Positions 20,145 through 29,000 of a DNA stretch of 36,473 nt are shown in pieces (position 1 is the first letter of the stretch; every line of letters begins with the position of its first letter). Source of the DNA: a virus (taxonomy: Duplodnaviria > Heunggongvirae > Uroviricota > Caudoviricetes); the IMG/VR virus record IMGVR_UViG_2713896902_000005, positions 1 through 36,473 of that record; one strand, given 5' to 3'. The notes under the pieces were generated by a model. That model was not told the origin of the DNA and did not search any database. It worked only from the letters and a program-made list of their open reading frames with translations. Position numbers and translations under genes: made by a program.

Positions 20145-21536
20145 TCACTTAATAGGATTTGGTTTTATGTCGTCAAGCCAGTCGTTATCACCTCTTAGCT
20201 TGGCTACTCGTCCTTCAACATTAGTTAACGGTTTATAAGCAGAGTATTTGCCTATAGCCCTAGCAGAATGCTCTCCAGCAACACGATAATTTTGGAAGTC
20301 CAACTCAAGTCCATGCTGCTCCGCTCTCATTCGAATATAGCCACGAAGCATGTTTTCTCTAAATCGAAACCAAGATGGACGATTCCCTAAAGCAGGGATG
20401 ATGATGCATCCAAATGTCGGTTTCTTCAATGCATTGAACTTTCGCTCAAACGTGGATTTATCTAAAGGTGTTACATCAAGCGATTTGCAAATTTTAACGT
20501 ACGATTCTGATATATGAGTCTTATGTCTGGTCAAATCAGCCATATCGGACATAGCCCAAAGAATATGCTTATATGACTCATCACGTCCCTCTGTTGCATC
20601 CGTGTAACTTTGCCTTAAAGTTTCCGAGACTGAATCAATTGCATCATTTAACCCTTTAATGAAAAGGTTGTAGTCAACAGAGCTGTATTCACGTATTGAG
20701 CTTTGACATGTTAAAAGGATTTTTTCACAAATAAGATGAATGTAGTTCGGGAACCCGTCACTAAGACCCGCAATTTTATAGCGGACAGAATCATCGACAG
20801 TCAGGCCAAACTCATCGAAAGCATTATCAATTATTTGAAAACGACCATTCCATGGTAAACTATCGAGATGTACCTGATGTATTTGTCGCTCACTTGATTT
20901 ATGCCCTCCGATTAAAGTAACGAGAGAATCACCAATCCCCGTAAAAATTAATTTTACTTCACACGCCTGATCACCAAGTTGCTTAATGAGTGATCCAAAC
21001 TTTTGTCGTTCTTCATCAGAGTCAATTTGGTCAAACTCATCGATAACTATATAAGGAATCTTTGAGTGAACTTTAGTTAAAAATTGCAACGCCCGAACGG
21101 CTGCAGAAACTGAGTCAATTTTCAGTTCTGGATAATTATATTTTTGATTTTGACCAGCATTGATACCACCAATTCCAGCCACATTTAAGCCAAAGCTCCA
21201 TCCCTGTGTATCGATTTTCTTATCCTGAGGTGTGCCTCGCAAAATAATGTCATTCATGACACTTGAAAAAGTGGATTCTTTCTCGCAGCCAACCAAAATA
21301 GGTTCAGCATCTTCCTGCAGCTTAAAAGCAACAGTTTGCGCTAAGGATGTCTTTCCTACTCCGCGATCACCATAAATGAAAGCATGCCGACCTGTAGCAT
21401 AAAGCGCCAATTCGAGATCGGTTACATGTTTTTCACGTCCAAATAACAGTTCCATAGAAACAACTGGACCCGTTGGTCGCAAAACTTTATGCAGTTTATG
21501 CATAAAGTCTCGCAAAGAAAGACCTCCACAGAGCAT
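20145..21536 (-). CDS. P-loop NTPase of unknown function (AAA/STAND-like Walker A and B), moron at the Q-S locus
   Basis: 463 aa; Walker A GDRGVGKTS and Walker B hhhhDE (YIVIDEFDQ); clearly lower GC than flanks; bracketed by terminators. Confidence 0.7.
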   Translation of the reverse strand: MLCGGLSLRDFMHKLHKVLRPTGPVVSMELLFGREKHVTDLELALYATGRHAFIYGDRGVGKTSLAQTVAFKLQEDAEPILVGCEKESTFSSVMNDIILRGTPQDKKIDTQGWSFGLNVAGIGGINAGQNQKYNYPELKIDSVSAAVRALQFLTKVHSKIPYIVIDEFDQIDSDEERQKFGSLIKQLGDQACEVKLIFTGIGDSLVTLIGGHKSSERQIHQVHLDSLPWNGRFQIIDNAFDEFGLTVDDSVRYKIAGLSDGFPNYIHLICEKILLTCQSSIREYSSVDYNLFIKGLNDAIDSVSETLRQSYTDATEGRDESYKHILWAMSDMADLTRHKTHISESYVKICKSLDVTPLDKSTFERKFNALKKPTFGCIIIPALGNRPSWFRFRENMLRGYIRMRAEQHGLELDFQNYRVAGEHSARAIGKYSAYKPLTNVEGRVAKLRGDNDWLDDIKPNPIK

Positions 21537-21602
21537 TTTTATTCTCCTGCATTTTTTTCGAAAACTATAACATCATTCTTTTTGGCAAGCCTTTCCTAAA
21601 CG

Positions 21603-21625
21603 CAAAAACCCGCACAATGGCGGGT
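21603..21625 (-). terminator. Candidate tR'-like terminator downstream of Q
   Basis: Minus-strand hairpin ACCCGC-CAUUGU-GCGGGU followed by UUUUU, about 50 nt after the Q stop. Confidence 0.5.
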
Positions 21626-21675
21626 TCTTACTATTATGTTGCTCAGTTCGCTTTTCGTCCCGAGCTTATCACAAT

Positions 21676-22254
21676 TCAAGCACTTTCTTGCTCACTTTGC
21701 AATTTAAATCTGTCGCTATTTGTGCCAAACGCATCACATAGTGGAGCGTACAGGAGCGATTCGGCCAAACTTATCCATGTGTCAACTCGGCGGCGACAGG
21801 TAATGAATGCCCAGTCAGGATGTTTAATATGAAGCTCATTGGCCATTTGCAACTTGCTCTTACGCAGACGATACCGGCCAACAATCACACCGTATAGAGA
21901 ACGGTAATCATTATTCATCAGCACCGAGGCGATCACACCGTCAATCTTCAGGCCTTCATCGTCCGAGCAAAACGCCAGACTACTTTTGTTTTTACTGTTG
22001 AGTATTTCGCGCAAATAAGCTTCGAGCTCTGGTTTCGTAATGCCTGACTTTTTCATACGGCGCAGCGCATCGTTGATTGCAGTTTTGGTAATTTTGCTGG
22101 ATACAAGCAGTTGGTTAAACATGTTACCGCTAGTCCCTCCACTGATATAAGACCAACGCCCCCACATGCGGAGCTTCCCCTGAACCCAGATACTTTCCAG
22201 AGTACGAAGACGAACCATTTCACCCGTTTTGCCAATTTCAGAAGGATTAATCAT
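21676..22254 (-). CDS. Late-gene antitermination protein Q-like
   Basis: 192 aa; position immediately upstream of the tR'-like hairpin and lysis genes; motif resemblance (RMWGRWSY, CSDDEG) to QuuD-type Q proteins as recalled. Confidence 0.55.
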   Translation of the reverse strand: MINPSEIGKTGEMVRLRTLESIWVQGKLRMWGRWSYISGGTSGNMFNQLLVSSKITKTAINDALRRMKKSGITKPELEAYLREILNSKNKSSLAFCSDDEGLKIDGVIASVLMNNDYRSLYGVIVGRYRLRKSKLQMANELHIKHPDWAFITCRRRVDTWISLAESLLYAPLCDAFGTNSDRFKLQSEQESA

Positions 22255-22268
22255 TTAGAGTTCTCCAC

Positions 22269-23264
22269 TTACGCCAGCACGCCAATTGCCAGCGCACGAT
22301 CGATAAAACGAAATATCAGCTCCAGCTGGGAGCCATACATCTCTTCAAATGCCACGGTATCCGCATGCAGCTCGTCGTGATGCTTTCTGCACAAAGGCAA
22401 CACAAAGAGGTCATGCGCTTTTGTACCCATTCCCCCCTGACCGTGGCCTATCAGGTGGTGGGGATCATCAGCAGGCTTTCCACAACATGCACACAGCTGC
22501 GTCTTAACCCAGCGCGTGTACTTTTCATTAACCCAGCGGCGACGTTTTGGGCGTAACATAAAAGACTCCGGCGACTCCGGATCCACTTCCAGCGCCAGCA
22601 CTTTTTTCGCTTTATCCTGGATGATGCTGGTGGCAGGAACCGAAGGCACAAGGTCACTTTCCCGGGTAACAGACGGCACAACAGGCTTCGGTAATCTCAG
22701 TGCCTTACGGGCTGCACTTTCCGGTAAGGCATCCGCCAGGTCATTACGAATCAGCCACCAGCACAGTTCCGGCATTGTCACAACGTGACTGTCATCAAAA
22801 CCGAGATCCCGACGCACAACAGACAACACCCAGCGGGCACAGTTATCCGTTGCCATTGATTCCAGCCGTTCCGTGAACTGATCGCGCAGCTGGTTATCGC
22901 AGTGCCAGCACAGACGGATTGCGCCCGTAGCGTGTCGCATTGTGGTCATGTTCTCGCTGTGCCAGTCGGAATGAGGCCACTGGCAGCCTTTTTCACGAAG
23001 TAACCAGCTTTCAAGACATTCCACGCCACCAGCACGACGGATCACTGCCTCATTGCGGAACACGGCCCGAACGGCAGGATCATCCGCCAGCGGTTGTGAT
23101 GCCGCCGGAACGGCACCACTGGCGAAAGATGAATAACGTTCCGGCTCAGGCTCCAGCAGGACACGCCCCTGCATAAACAGGGGCATCAGCTCTGAACCTG
23201 GCCTGAACAATACGATCCCCATACGCGGGGCAATTTCAGGAGTCAGTAGTGCTCTCACGGTCAC
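22269..23264 (-). CDS. DUF968-like protein with C-terminal HNH-like Cys/His motif
   Basis: 331 aa; C-terminal CACCGKPADDPHHLIGHGQGG...CRKHHDELH; typical Nin-region position. Confidence 0.5.
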   Translation of the reverse strand: MTVRALLTPEIAPRMGIVLFRPGSELMPLFMQGRVLLEPEPERYSSFASGAVPAASQPLADDPAVRAVFRNEAVIRRAGGVECLESWLLREKGCQWPHSDWHSENMTTMRHATGAIRLCWHCDNQLRDQFTERLESMATDNCARWVLSVVRRDLGFDDSHVVTMPELCWWLIRNDLADALPESAARKALRLPKPVVPSVTRESDLVPSVPATSIIQDKAKKVLALEVDPESPESFMLRPKRRRWVNEKYTRWVKTQLCACCGKPADDPHHLIGHGQGGMGTKAHDLFVLPLCRKHHDELHADTVAFEEMYGSQLELIFRFIDRALAIGVLA

Positions 23265-23265
23265 C

Positions 23266-24108
23266 TCAATGAACGGTATCGAGCAGCTTTAACAGCTCAG
23301 GGAATCGGGATTCGAAGAAATGCGGCTGCGTCTCGCGCGGATTTGCGGGACTGGTGATGTTCTTGCCGAACATGCAGCCTTTCGCTGTCAGCGACCAGAA
23401 TTTTTTGATGTTGTTAATCGCGGTACGGCTGTATCGTTCGCGCTGCTCGACGATCCCCAGTTTCACCATCTGGTGATATGCCTGATTAGCCGTCAGGCGT
23501 ATACCATACTGTTTCAGCAGTGCACTCAGTGACAGTGTCGGGCGACTTGAGCCATCGTGTGCATCAGCAGGAGCATCAATGGCATAGCGCGGTGCCAGAT
23601 TCGGTAAGCCAACAGCCTCCTGGAGTTTCTGACAGGCACCAAGCACTGAAGAGTTAGACAGGTTTAACTCCCGGCGCATAAAGTCCAGCAGGATCACGCC
23701 AGCCTGCATCTTGTCAGCAACCTGTCCGGATAATTTTTCCGGTGCGCTGGTTACCATATCGAAAGTACGGATCACCTTCAGATGGAATGACGGGCTGATC
23801 CACATTGCATAGGCATACACCAGTTCCTTGCAGACATACGTTCCCCGTTCATTTCCCCCATGAATCACACTCACCGGGTCAACACCCAAATTCTGGGTGT
23901 TGGTCAATTCATGAACAAGCTCAACAGTTTGTTGGCTGGAAAGAAACTTTCCCGGCTCCTTGGTTCTGGCATTTGCACCAGATGCTACTGCTGCGCGATG
24001 CAGATCGTTCAGGCTGTAACGCCCATAAGCATCACGACGAACTTCAATACCATCAATGACCATCAGATTATTCATACTTCGTTTCTCCTCTTGATCAGGC
24101 GGCTGCAC
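23266..24108 (-). CDS. KilA-N domain protein (antirepressor-like)
   Basis: 280 aa; N-terminal KilA-N-like region (LMVIDGIEVRRDAYGRYSLNDLHRAA). Confidence 0.55.
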   Translation of the reverse strand: MQPPDQEEKRSMNNLMVIDGIEVRRDAYGRYSLNDLHRAAVASGANARTKEPGKFLSSQQTVELVHELTNTQNLGVDPVSVIHGGNERGTYVCKELVYAYAMWISPSFHLKVIRTFDMVTSAPEKLSGQVADKMQAGVILLDFMRRELNLSNSSVLGACQKLQEAVGLPNLAPRYAIDAPADAHDGSSRPTLSLSALLKQYGIRLTANQAYHQMVKLGIVEQRERYSRTAINNIKKFWSLTAKGCMFGKNITSPANPRETQPHFFESRFPELLKLLDTVH

Positions 24109-24484
24109 CCGCCGTTTTCTCGTACTTACTGATAGTGATCTCGACCTTCCCTTCCGGGATAACCGGTCCCCACTCCACCAGCATTCTTTTCACCTGACTG
24201 TCGTCTTCCCACACCCCCGCGTGGGTCAGGGCGTCAAACAGCGCCTTGTTATAGTTGTCCAGATCGCGGATCCGGTTATCCGGAGGAAACAACACGATCT
24301 CCACTGAAGCAGGTGCCGACGTTGGTTTTGGCAGACGACGTAACTGCTCAACTATTGCTGCACACGCCGCGCTCTGGAATTTGCGCCCCGCCGCGCTTAT
24401 CAGGCTCTTACCTGCAAACGCCCCTTTGTTGGGGTGTCGCCAGTACGTGTTCACGCTGGGCGGAAAAGGCAGTATTAGCTTCAT
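24095..24484 (-). CDS. rusA: Holliday junction resolvase RusA
   Basis: 129 aa; RusA-like motifs (PPSVNTYWRH..., RDLDNYNKALFDALT). Confidence 0.8.
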   Translation of the reverse strand: MKLILPFPPSVNTYWRHPNKGAFAGKSLISAAGRKFQSAACAAIVEQLRRLPKPTSAPASVEIVLFPPDNRIRDLDNYNKALFDALTHAGVWEDDSQVKRMLVEWGPVIPEGKVEITISKYEKTAGAAA

Positions 24485-24807
24485 ACTTTCAGCTCCCTCT
24501 CATGTAACCAGTGGGCTACACGCAGCCTGGCGTTTTCCTCACCGGCAAGCAGTGCGCGGATAATCCCGACCGCCTCGCTGTCGTCGTCCTTCACCGCGGT
24601 ATGAAGAGTGATACCCCGGGCCACGCCACGCTTTATCGTGATGACGCCTTTTTTCTCCAGTGCGCGAAGATGCTCCACCGCTGCATTCACTGAACGGTAT
24701 CCCAGCATGGTTGCCACCTCCTGATTGGTTGGCGGGAAGCCACGTTCTTTCTGGTAAGAAATCAGCATATCCAGCACCTGCTGCTGGCATTGAGTTAACG
24801 TCGTCAT
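24481..24807 (-). CDS. LexA N-terminal DNA-binding domain protein lacking the S24 peptidase domain
   Basis: 108 aa; aligns with the LexA winged-helix pattern (LT.CQQQVLD..., GFPPT..E.A..LGYRS.NAA.EHL.AL.KKGVI); too short for a protease domain. Confidence 0.6.
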   Translation of the reverse strand: MTTLTQCQQQVLDMLISYQKERGFPPTNQEVATMLGYRSVNAAVEHLRALEKKGVITIKRGVARGITLHTAVKDDDSEAVGIIRALLAGEENARLRVAHWLHERELKV

Positions 24808-25490
24808 GCCGCCATCTCCCTGACCAGTTTTTCCGCCTGCTGGCGAACCTGCACCAGAAAGGCTTCACCACATGCCTCAAGTTCATCGCGCCCGATGTAG
24901 CTGATTGCCGGTCCCTTCCAGGTCTTGTCGAAAACAGCAATAGCACCAGCGAAGAAAGCGCCTGTCGGCACCTGCTTCTCATCCTTCGGGATAAACCAGG
25001 CAGGCAGTTCAAAACCAATACGCCCGCGAATAAAAGCAATATGGTCCGCATCTTCCGGCCACCACACTTCGCTGGTGGCAGCTTTGATCAGGAAAACATA
25101 GCGCCCGCCCTTATCACGCATGGCACTGGCATGTTTCATGATGTAACGCATGCCGGTGATGTATTGCCCCTCATGCTGACTGGCGCGGCTGTATGGGGGA
25201 TTACCAAAGGCAGCACCTTTAAGCTCCGCAAGACGTTCTGACCAGTCATGCGCCAGCGCGTTATCTTCCGCCGTGTAATACGCGGCACATTTGGCGTTAT
25301 CACCGTCAGTGAACAGATCCAGAACAAACGGGCCAAACAGGGTGTTAATTCCCCAGAAAATGTTGTCCGGCGTGCGCCACTGATCGCCCACTTCCTTCAG
25401 TTCATGGGCTGGTTTGTTCCGCAGTTCCACCAGCGCCTGGCAATATTTATTACTCATTAAGCCCCCACGTAATTCCCTGACAGATACCAC
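24804..25490 (-). CDS. Phage DNA N6-adenine methyltransferase (Dam-like)
   Basis: 228 aa with the NPPY catalytic motif (FGNPPY). Confidence 0.8.
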   Translation of the reverse strand: MVSVRELRGGLMSNKYCQALVELRNKPAHELKEVGDQWRTPDNIFWGINTLFGPFVLDLFTDGDNAKCAAYYTAEDNALAHDWSERLAELKGAAFGNPPYSRASQHEGQYITGMRYIMKHASAMRDKGGRYVFLIKAATSEVWWPEDADHIAFIRGRIGFELPAWFIPKDEKQVPTGAFFAGAIAVFDKTWKGPAISYIGRDELEACGEAFLVQVRQQAEKLVREMAA

Positions 25491-25951
25491 TCTTCACCCG
25501 ATGCAGCGCGCTTGCTGCTTTTCCGTAAGCACCGCTCACGGCGCGCCAGAAAATTGTTTCGTTCTGACTGGGAGTGGCTTTCACGGAATGCCGCCATCCA
25601 CACGGTTGCAGCACGACGGTATAAGCCCCTGGACTCCAGTTCTTCAGCCTGGCGGGTCAGGCACAAAATCACCCGGGGATCGTTAGTGCCGACATAGAAA
25701 TTACGCACAGGTTTGGTTTCACGAACTGGTTGCGGTTCCGGCTCCTGCGCTCTCTCAGTCAGGCGCGGGAAATGTCTGCGTGTATCTCCTTCACAACGGT
25801 GAGCCACACGCCCACTCTGACGTAACTTGCTTGCAGACTGCAGAACGCGCTGCCGTGAGTAACCTGCAAAAGCATCCGCAATGTCTCCGGAAGTACACCC
25901 CGGATGGGCTTCAATGAATTTCTGAACTTCATTCAAAAGACTCATAATCAC
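25457..25951 (-). CDS. Putative transcriptional regulator with PerC-like C-terminal region
   Basis: 164 aa; C-terminal AEELESRGLYRRAATVWM resembles the PerC motif as recalled. Confidence 0.4.
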   Translation of the reverse strand: MIMSLLNEVQKFIEAHPGCTSGDIADAFAGYSRQRVLQSASKLRQSGRVAHRCEGDTRRHFPRLTERAQEPEPQPVRETKPVRNFYVGTNDPRVILCLTRQAEELESRGLYRRAATVWMAAFRESHSQSERNNFLARRERCLRKSSKRAASGEEWYLSGNYVGA

Positions 25952-26889
25952 CCCCTGAATCCTGCCGGGATCTGGCTGTAGTCCACGTTGTCGTAACTGG
26001 ATTTGAAGTACGGGTCTTCGCGTTTTTCGGTGTACGTGCTTACGGACGGCGATAAGCGCAGGGAAAGCTCATCCCATTTTTCCCGCAGCTTCGACGGGCT
26101 GAGCACGTTACGGCACCAGAACGGATCGCGGCTGACGCGGCTGTACATCTCGCAGATTTGTTTATGAGTACGCCCATCCTGTACACACATCAGGCGAATT
26201 TCGTTTGCCCAGGCTGTCCAGTTCGGTTCTTTAGGACGTACCACTTCGCCGTCACATTCGGCGGCCTGCTCGTACAGAGCGATGATTTTTTTCCAGAGCC
26301 ACTGTGCGCAGGTCAAATCATCCTGCGTTCCCCACTGGCGCTTTTTAGGGCTGAATACAACCGCATCAGGATGGCGAGTTAAAAACTCTTGTTCAGCCGT
26401 CTGCGTGTCCGGTTGCGAAGCGTCCGGACGAGAAGTTTTTTTATCTGACGGATCATGTTTTGATTTTACTGACGGATCCCCGCCAGATTCTGACGGGTGA
26501 AAACCCGCTTTTTTGCCAGATTTCGACGCATCAAATTTTGACTGGTCAGATTTTGATGCGTCAGATTTTGACGGGTCAGAATCTGACAGTTGAGAAAATG
26601 CCGCTGCCTGAAGCTTCGCAACGTTAAGCTGATAAACATTCGACGCATTGCGGTTACCCTGGCGACGCGCCTTACGCGTTAACCAGCCTTCTGCTTCCAG
26701 CCGTGCGATAGCCGTTCTGACGGTGCTCATCCCCGCGCCAATCTGGCGGGCAATGGTTTCAATTGATGGCCAGCACACACCTTCGTCATTACTGAAATCA
26801 GCCAGGCGGGCCATAATTGCCACGCTGGATAACTTCATGCCTGACGCAGCGCAACCATCCCATACATAGCCGGTTAATTTAGTGCTCAT
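25948..26889 (-). CDS. Replication initiator (O-like: N-terminal HTH, repetitive linker, C-terminal domain)
   Basis: 313 aa; N-terminal HTH; linker SDSDPSKSDASKSDQSKFDASKSG encoded by the iteron block; position after cro and the CII-like gene. Confidence 0.65.
   Translation of the reverse strand: MSTKLTGYVWDGCAASGMKLSSVAIMARLADFSNDEGVCWPSIETIARQIGAGMSTVRTAIARLEAEGWLTRKARRQGNRNASNVYQLNVAKLQAAAFSQLSDSDPSKSDASKSDQSKFDASKSGKKAGFHPSESGGDPSVKSKHDPSDKKTSRPDASQPDTQTAEQEFLTRHPDAVVFSPKKRQWGTQDDLTCAQWLWKKIIALYEQAAECDGEVVRPKEPNWTAWANEIRLMCVQDGRTHKQICEMYSRVSRDPFWCRNVLSPSKLREKWDELSLRLSPSVSTYTEKREDPYFKSSYDNVDYSQIPAGFRG
26440..26595. repeat. Iteron array inside the initiator gene (candidate replication origin)
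   Basis: Tandem 15-bp units TCAGATTTTGAYGSG (e.g. 26546-26590) with degenerate copies back to about 26440. Confidence 0.6.
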
Positions 26890-26898
26890 GACCGACCT

Positions 26899-27237
26899 CT
26901 ATTTCCCTGAATTTACGACGAAACTGTTCGAGCGGGCTGAAGCACTCATGCTCATAGCCTTCGCGGAGGTAGATAACCCGTTGTGTTTCCGGTTCCCAAC
27001 GAATGACTCTGACGGGCACTCCGTAGTGATCTTTGAACCAGCGGTTAACTTGTCGCAAAGGACTGTCTCCTTTTGCCGGTTGAAATCACCCACAGCCCAC
27101 TCTGCAAAGCTGTGGGTTACAATTTCCCTGTCACCTGGTACATTCACTGCATAGCAATACTCCACCTTCGCTTTTCCACCCGGTACAGGAAGTGCAATCA
27201 GTTGCGAGCGACGGTAGTGTGTTGTTAAACTGTTCAT
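26899..27237 (-). CDS. Hypothetical protein (uncertain ORF)
   Basis: 112 aa ORF filling the gap between the CII-like and initiator genes; a plus-strand ORF (26882-27154) is an alternative. Confidence 0.25.
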   Translation of the reverse strand: MNSLTTHYRRSQLIALPVPGGKAKVEYCYAVNVPGDREIVTHSFAEWAVGDFNRQKETVLCDKLTAGSKITTECPSESFVGNRKHNGLSTSAKAMSMSASARSNSFVVNSGK

Positions 27238-27803
27238 GCGTTAGTTTCTCCACAACCAGAAGCAATCGACGCCACGACGCCCGGAGCTGCACACTCGCGG
27301 GCGTCATTACTTTCTGAAATGCAAAAAATTTTGTAGACAAGTGCTGCATGCTCCTGCAGCTTCGAAATTGAGAGATACAGCTCGTCGTTAATTGCTGTCT
27401 TCTCATGCGGTTCCACTACACCGTCTTCGATTGCTGAACGAATCTGTTTTGAATAACTGCCGATCTGTTCAATGACTTCCAGCAGACGCTGGTTAATATC
27501 GGCGTTGTCCACATCCTCGACGTCAGGAAGAGACACAAAGACGCCATTTGCAGACTGCGCCACAGCATCAGCAATGAAGTGAGTGCCACCAGCACGCTGT
27601 AAAACCATTGCCCATCCCAGCGGAAAAATCTGATCGCCATCTGCACGAAGGCGGTTGAATAAAGCGTTCTCTGTTACATCCAGCCAGTCAGCCGCTTCAG
27701 CGTAACCACCCGGCAACGCCGCGATAGTTTTTCTGACAGCTTTCACGTACCACTCAGGCTGTTTTTCTATTTTCCAGTGATGCTTACCCACGATTAGCCT
27801 CAT
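27234..27803 (-). CDS. CII-like / YdaT-like early regulatory protein
   Basis: 189 aa; position immediately downstream of cro. Confidence 0.4.
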   Translation of the reverse strand: MRLIVGKHHWKIEKQPEWYVKAVRKTIAALPGGYAEAADWLDVTENALFNRLRADGDQIFPLGWAMVLQRAGGTHFIADAVAQSANGVFVSLPDVEDVDNADINQRLLEVIEQIGSYSKQIRSAIEDGVVEPHEKTAINDELYLSISKLQEHAALVYKIFCISESNDARECAAPGVVASIASGCGETNA

Positions 27804-27834
27804 CGTTCTGTGGTTAAAAATTGAAAGTGTTCTG

Positions 27835-28035
27835 CTAATCTTTCGGATAGATATCCGGTCTTAAGTCAGATTTCGTAATTGCACCTGACGTGCATTGCTC
27901 AAGTTTTTTAGCCAGCACAAAACTGGCTTTTTTATAGCCATTGAAAACCAGCCGTAAGTAGCCAGGTGTTGAGCCAACTTTTCCGGCCAACTCGCCCTGC
28001 TGTTCTTTGGTTAAAGAGTCCCAATACGCTTTCAT
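27835..28035 (-). CDS. cro: Cro-like HTH repressor (internal ATG start of the 27835-28338 ORF)
   Basis: 66 aa MKAYWDSLTKEQQGELAGKVGSTPGYLRLVFNGYKK...; GGAGG about 9 nt upstream of ATG at 28035; divergent from cI. Confidence 0.6.
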   Translation of the reverse strand: MKAYWDSLTKEQQGELAGKVGSTPGYLRLVFNGYKKASFVLAKKLEQCTSGAITKSDLRPDIYPKD

Positions 28036-28125
28036 ACAACATGTACCTCCTGTATACATATTACATGATTGAAATGAACCTTCAAGATACTTGTACCTTA
28101 ACGGTACAAGGGTTTTAATTTCGTT
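28036..28125. promoter_or_regulatory. cI-cro intergenic switch region with candidate operators
   Basis: Perfect palindrome CTTGTACC-TTAAC-GGTACAAG at 28090-28110 plus related TGTAC sites (CATGTACC, TGTATACA). Confidence 0.55.
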
Positions 28126-28800
28126 ATGAAAACAATCCATGACATCCGGCGGTCTAACGCCAGAAAACTGAGAGATGGTGTTGGCGGGAATTCTTCCTTT
28201 GCCACTATGATTGATCGCGAGCCAACCCAGACCAGCAGGTTTATGGGAGATGGTGCTACTAAAAATATCGGTGACAGCATGGCACGACACATCGAAAAAT
28301 GTTTCGACCTGCCTGTCGGATGGCTCGATCAAGAACACCAGACAACGAACATCACAAAAAAACCTGATGTTTCAATCACTAATAAACAAATCACATTAGT
28401 CCCTGTCATATCATGGGTACAGGCCGGAGCATGGAAAGAAGTTGGATATTCTGAGGTTGATTTGAGCACAGCAGAAACGTATCCCTGCCCTGTACCCTGT
28501 GGGGAAATGACTTATATCTTGCGGGTGATAGGTGATTCAATGATTGATGAGTACCGCCCGGGAGACATGATTTTTGTCGATCCTGAAGTACCTGCCTGCC
28601 ACGGTGACGACGTTATTGCATTGATGCACGATACAGGTGAAACCACCTTCAAAAGGTTGATAGAAGATGGGACACAGCGTTATCTCAAAGCGTTAAACCC
28701 AAACTGGCCTGAGCCTTACATTAAGATCAACGGTAATTGCTCTATAATTGGAACTGTGATTTTCTCAGGAAAACCAAGAAGATACAAAATCAAAGCCTAA
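28126..28800 (+). CDS. cI: CI-like repressor with LexA-type S24 autopeptidase domain
   Basis: 224 aa; N-terminal HTH; C-terminal GDSM serine motif (RVIGDSMIDEYRPGDMIFVD); divergent from cro. Confidence 0.85.
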   Translation: MKTIHDIRRSNARKLRDGVGGNSSFATMIDREPTQTSRFMGDGATKNIGDSMARHIEKCFDLPVGWLDQEHQTTNITKKPDVSITNKQITLVPVISWVQAGAWKEVGYSEVDLSTAETYPCPVPCGEMTYILRVIGDSMIDEYRPGDMIFVDPEVPACHGDDVIALMHDTGETTFKRLIEDGTQRYLKALNPNWPEPYIKINGNCSIIGTVIFSGKPRRYKIKA

Positions 28801-28812
28801 TCAATGTTTATG

Positions 28813-28837
28813 AACCTGCTTCGGCAGGTTTTTTTAT
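28813..28837 (+). terminator. Rho-independent terminator of cI
   Basis: AACCTGC-TTCG-GCAGGTT followed by a 7-T run, 12 nt after the cI stop. Confidence 0.7.
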
Positions 28838-28839
28838 AC

Positions 28840-28872
28840 TTGACAATGTACCCATGAGATACATATTGTACC
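28840..28872 (+). promoter_or_regulatory. Candidate PL/OL-like promoter-operator region
   Basis: TTGACA at 28840-28845 followed by operator-like half-sites ATGTACCC and ATTGTACC similar to those between cI and cro. Confidence 0.3.
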
Positions 28873-28951
28873 AAAGAGAAACAACAAACAGGCAGGACGC
28901 CCACGAAGTAGCCGCCAGGGGCATATGAAGTCCTGGATGATTCGTTAGTAA

Positions 28952-28976
28952 CAAAAAAAGCGTCGTACAGGACGCT
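28952..28976 (-). terminator. Rho-independent terminator of the DUF1311-like gene
   Basis: Minus-strand RNA AGCGUC-CUGUAC-GACGCU followed by a 7-U run. Confidence 0.55.
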
Positions 28977-29000
28977 TCGCTCTTTAACAATCTGGATGAC

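Noticed and set aside
20145-21536. Shiga toxin or another known toxin at the Q-S locus
   Set aside because: The single ORF here is a P-loop NTPase with no signal peptide and no A/B toxin subunit architecture.
21676-21730. Late promoter PR' overlapping the 3' end of Q
   Set aside because: Only weak -35/-10 matches (TTGCAA, 17 bp, TTGAAT) could be found by eye; too uncertain to annotate as a feature.
26440-26595. Possible CRISPR array
   Set aside because: The repeat period is only about 15 bp with no unique spacers, and it lies inside a coding sequence; it fits replication iterons instead.
27835-28338. Long 167-aa form of the cro ORF
   Set aside because: Its N-terminal extension overlaps the cI start and operator region on the opposite strand; the internal ATG at 28035 with GGAGG upstream gives a typical 66-aa Cro.
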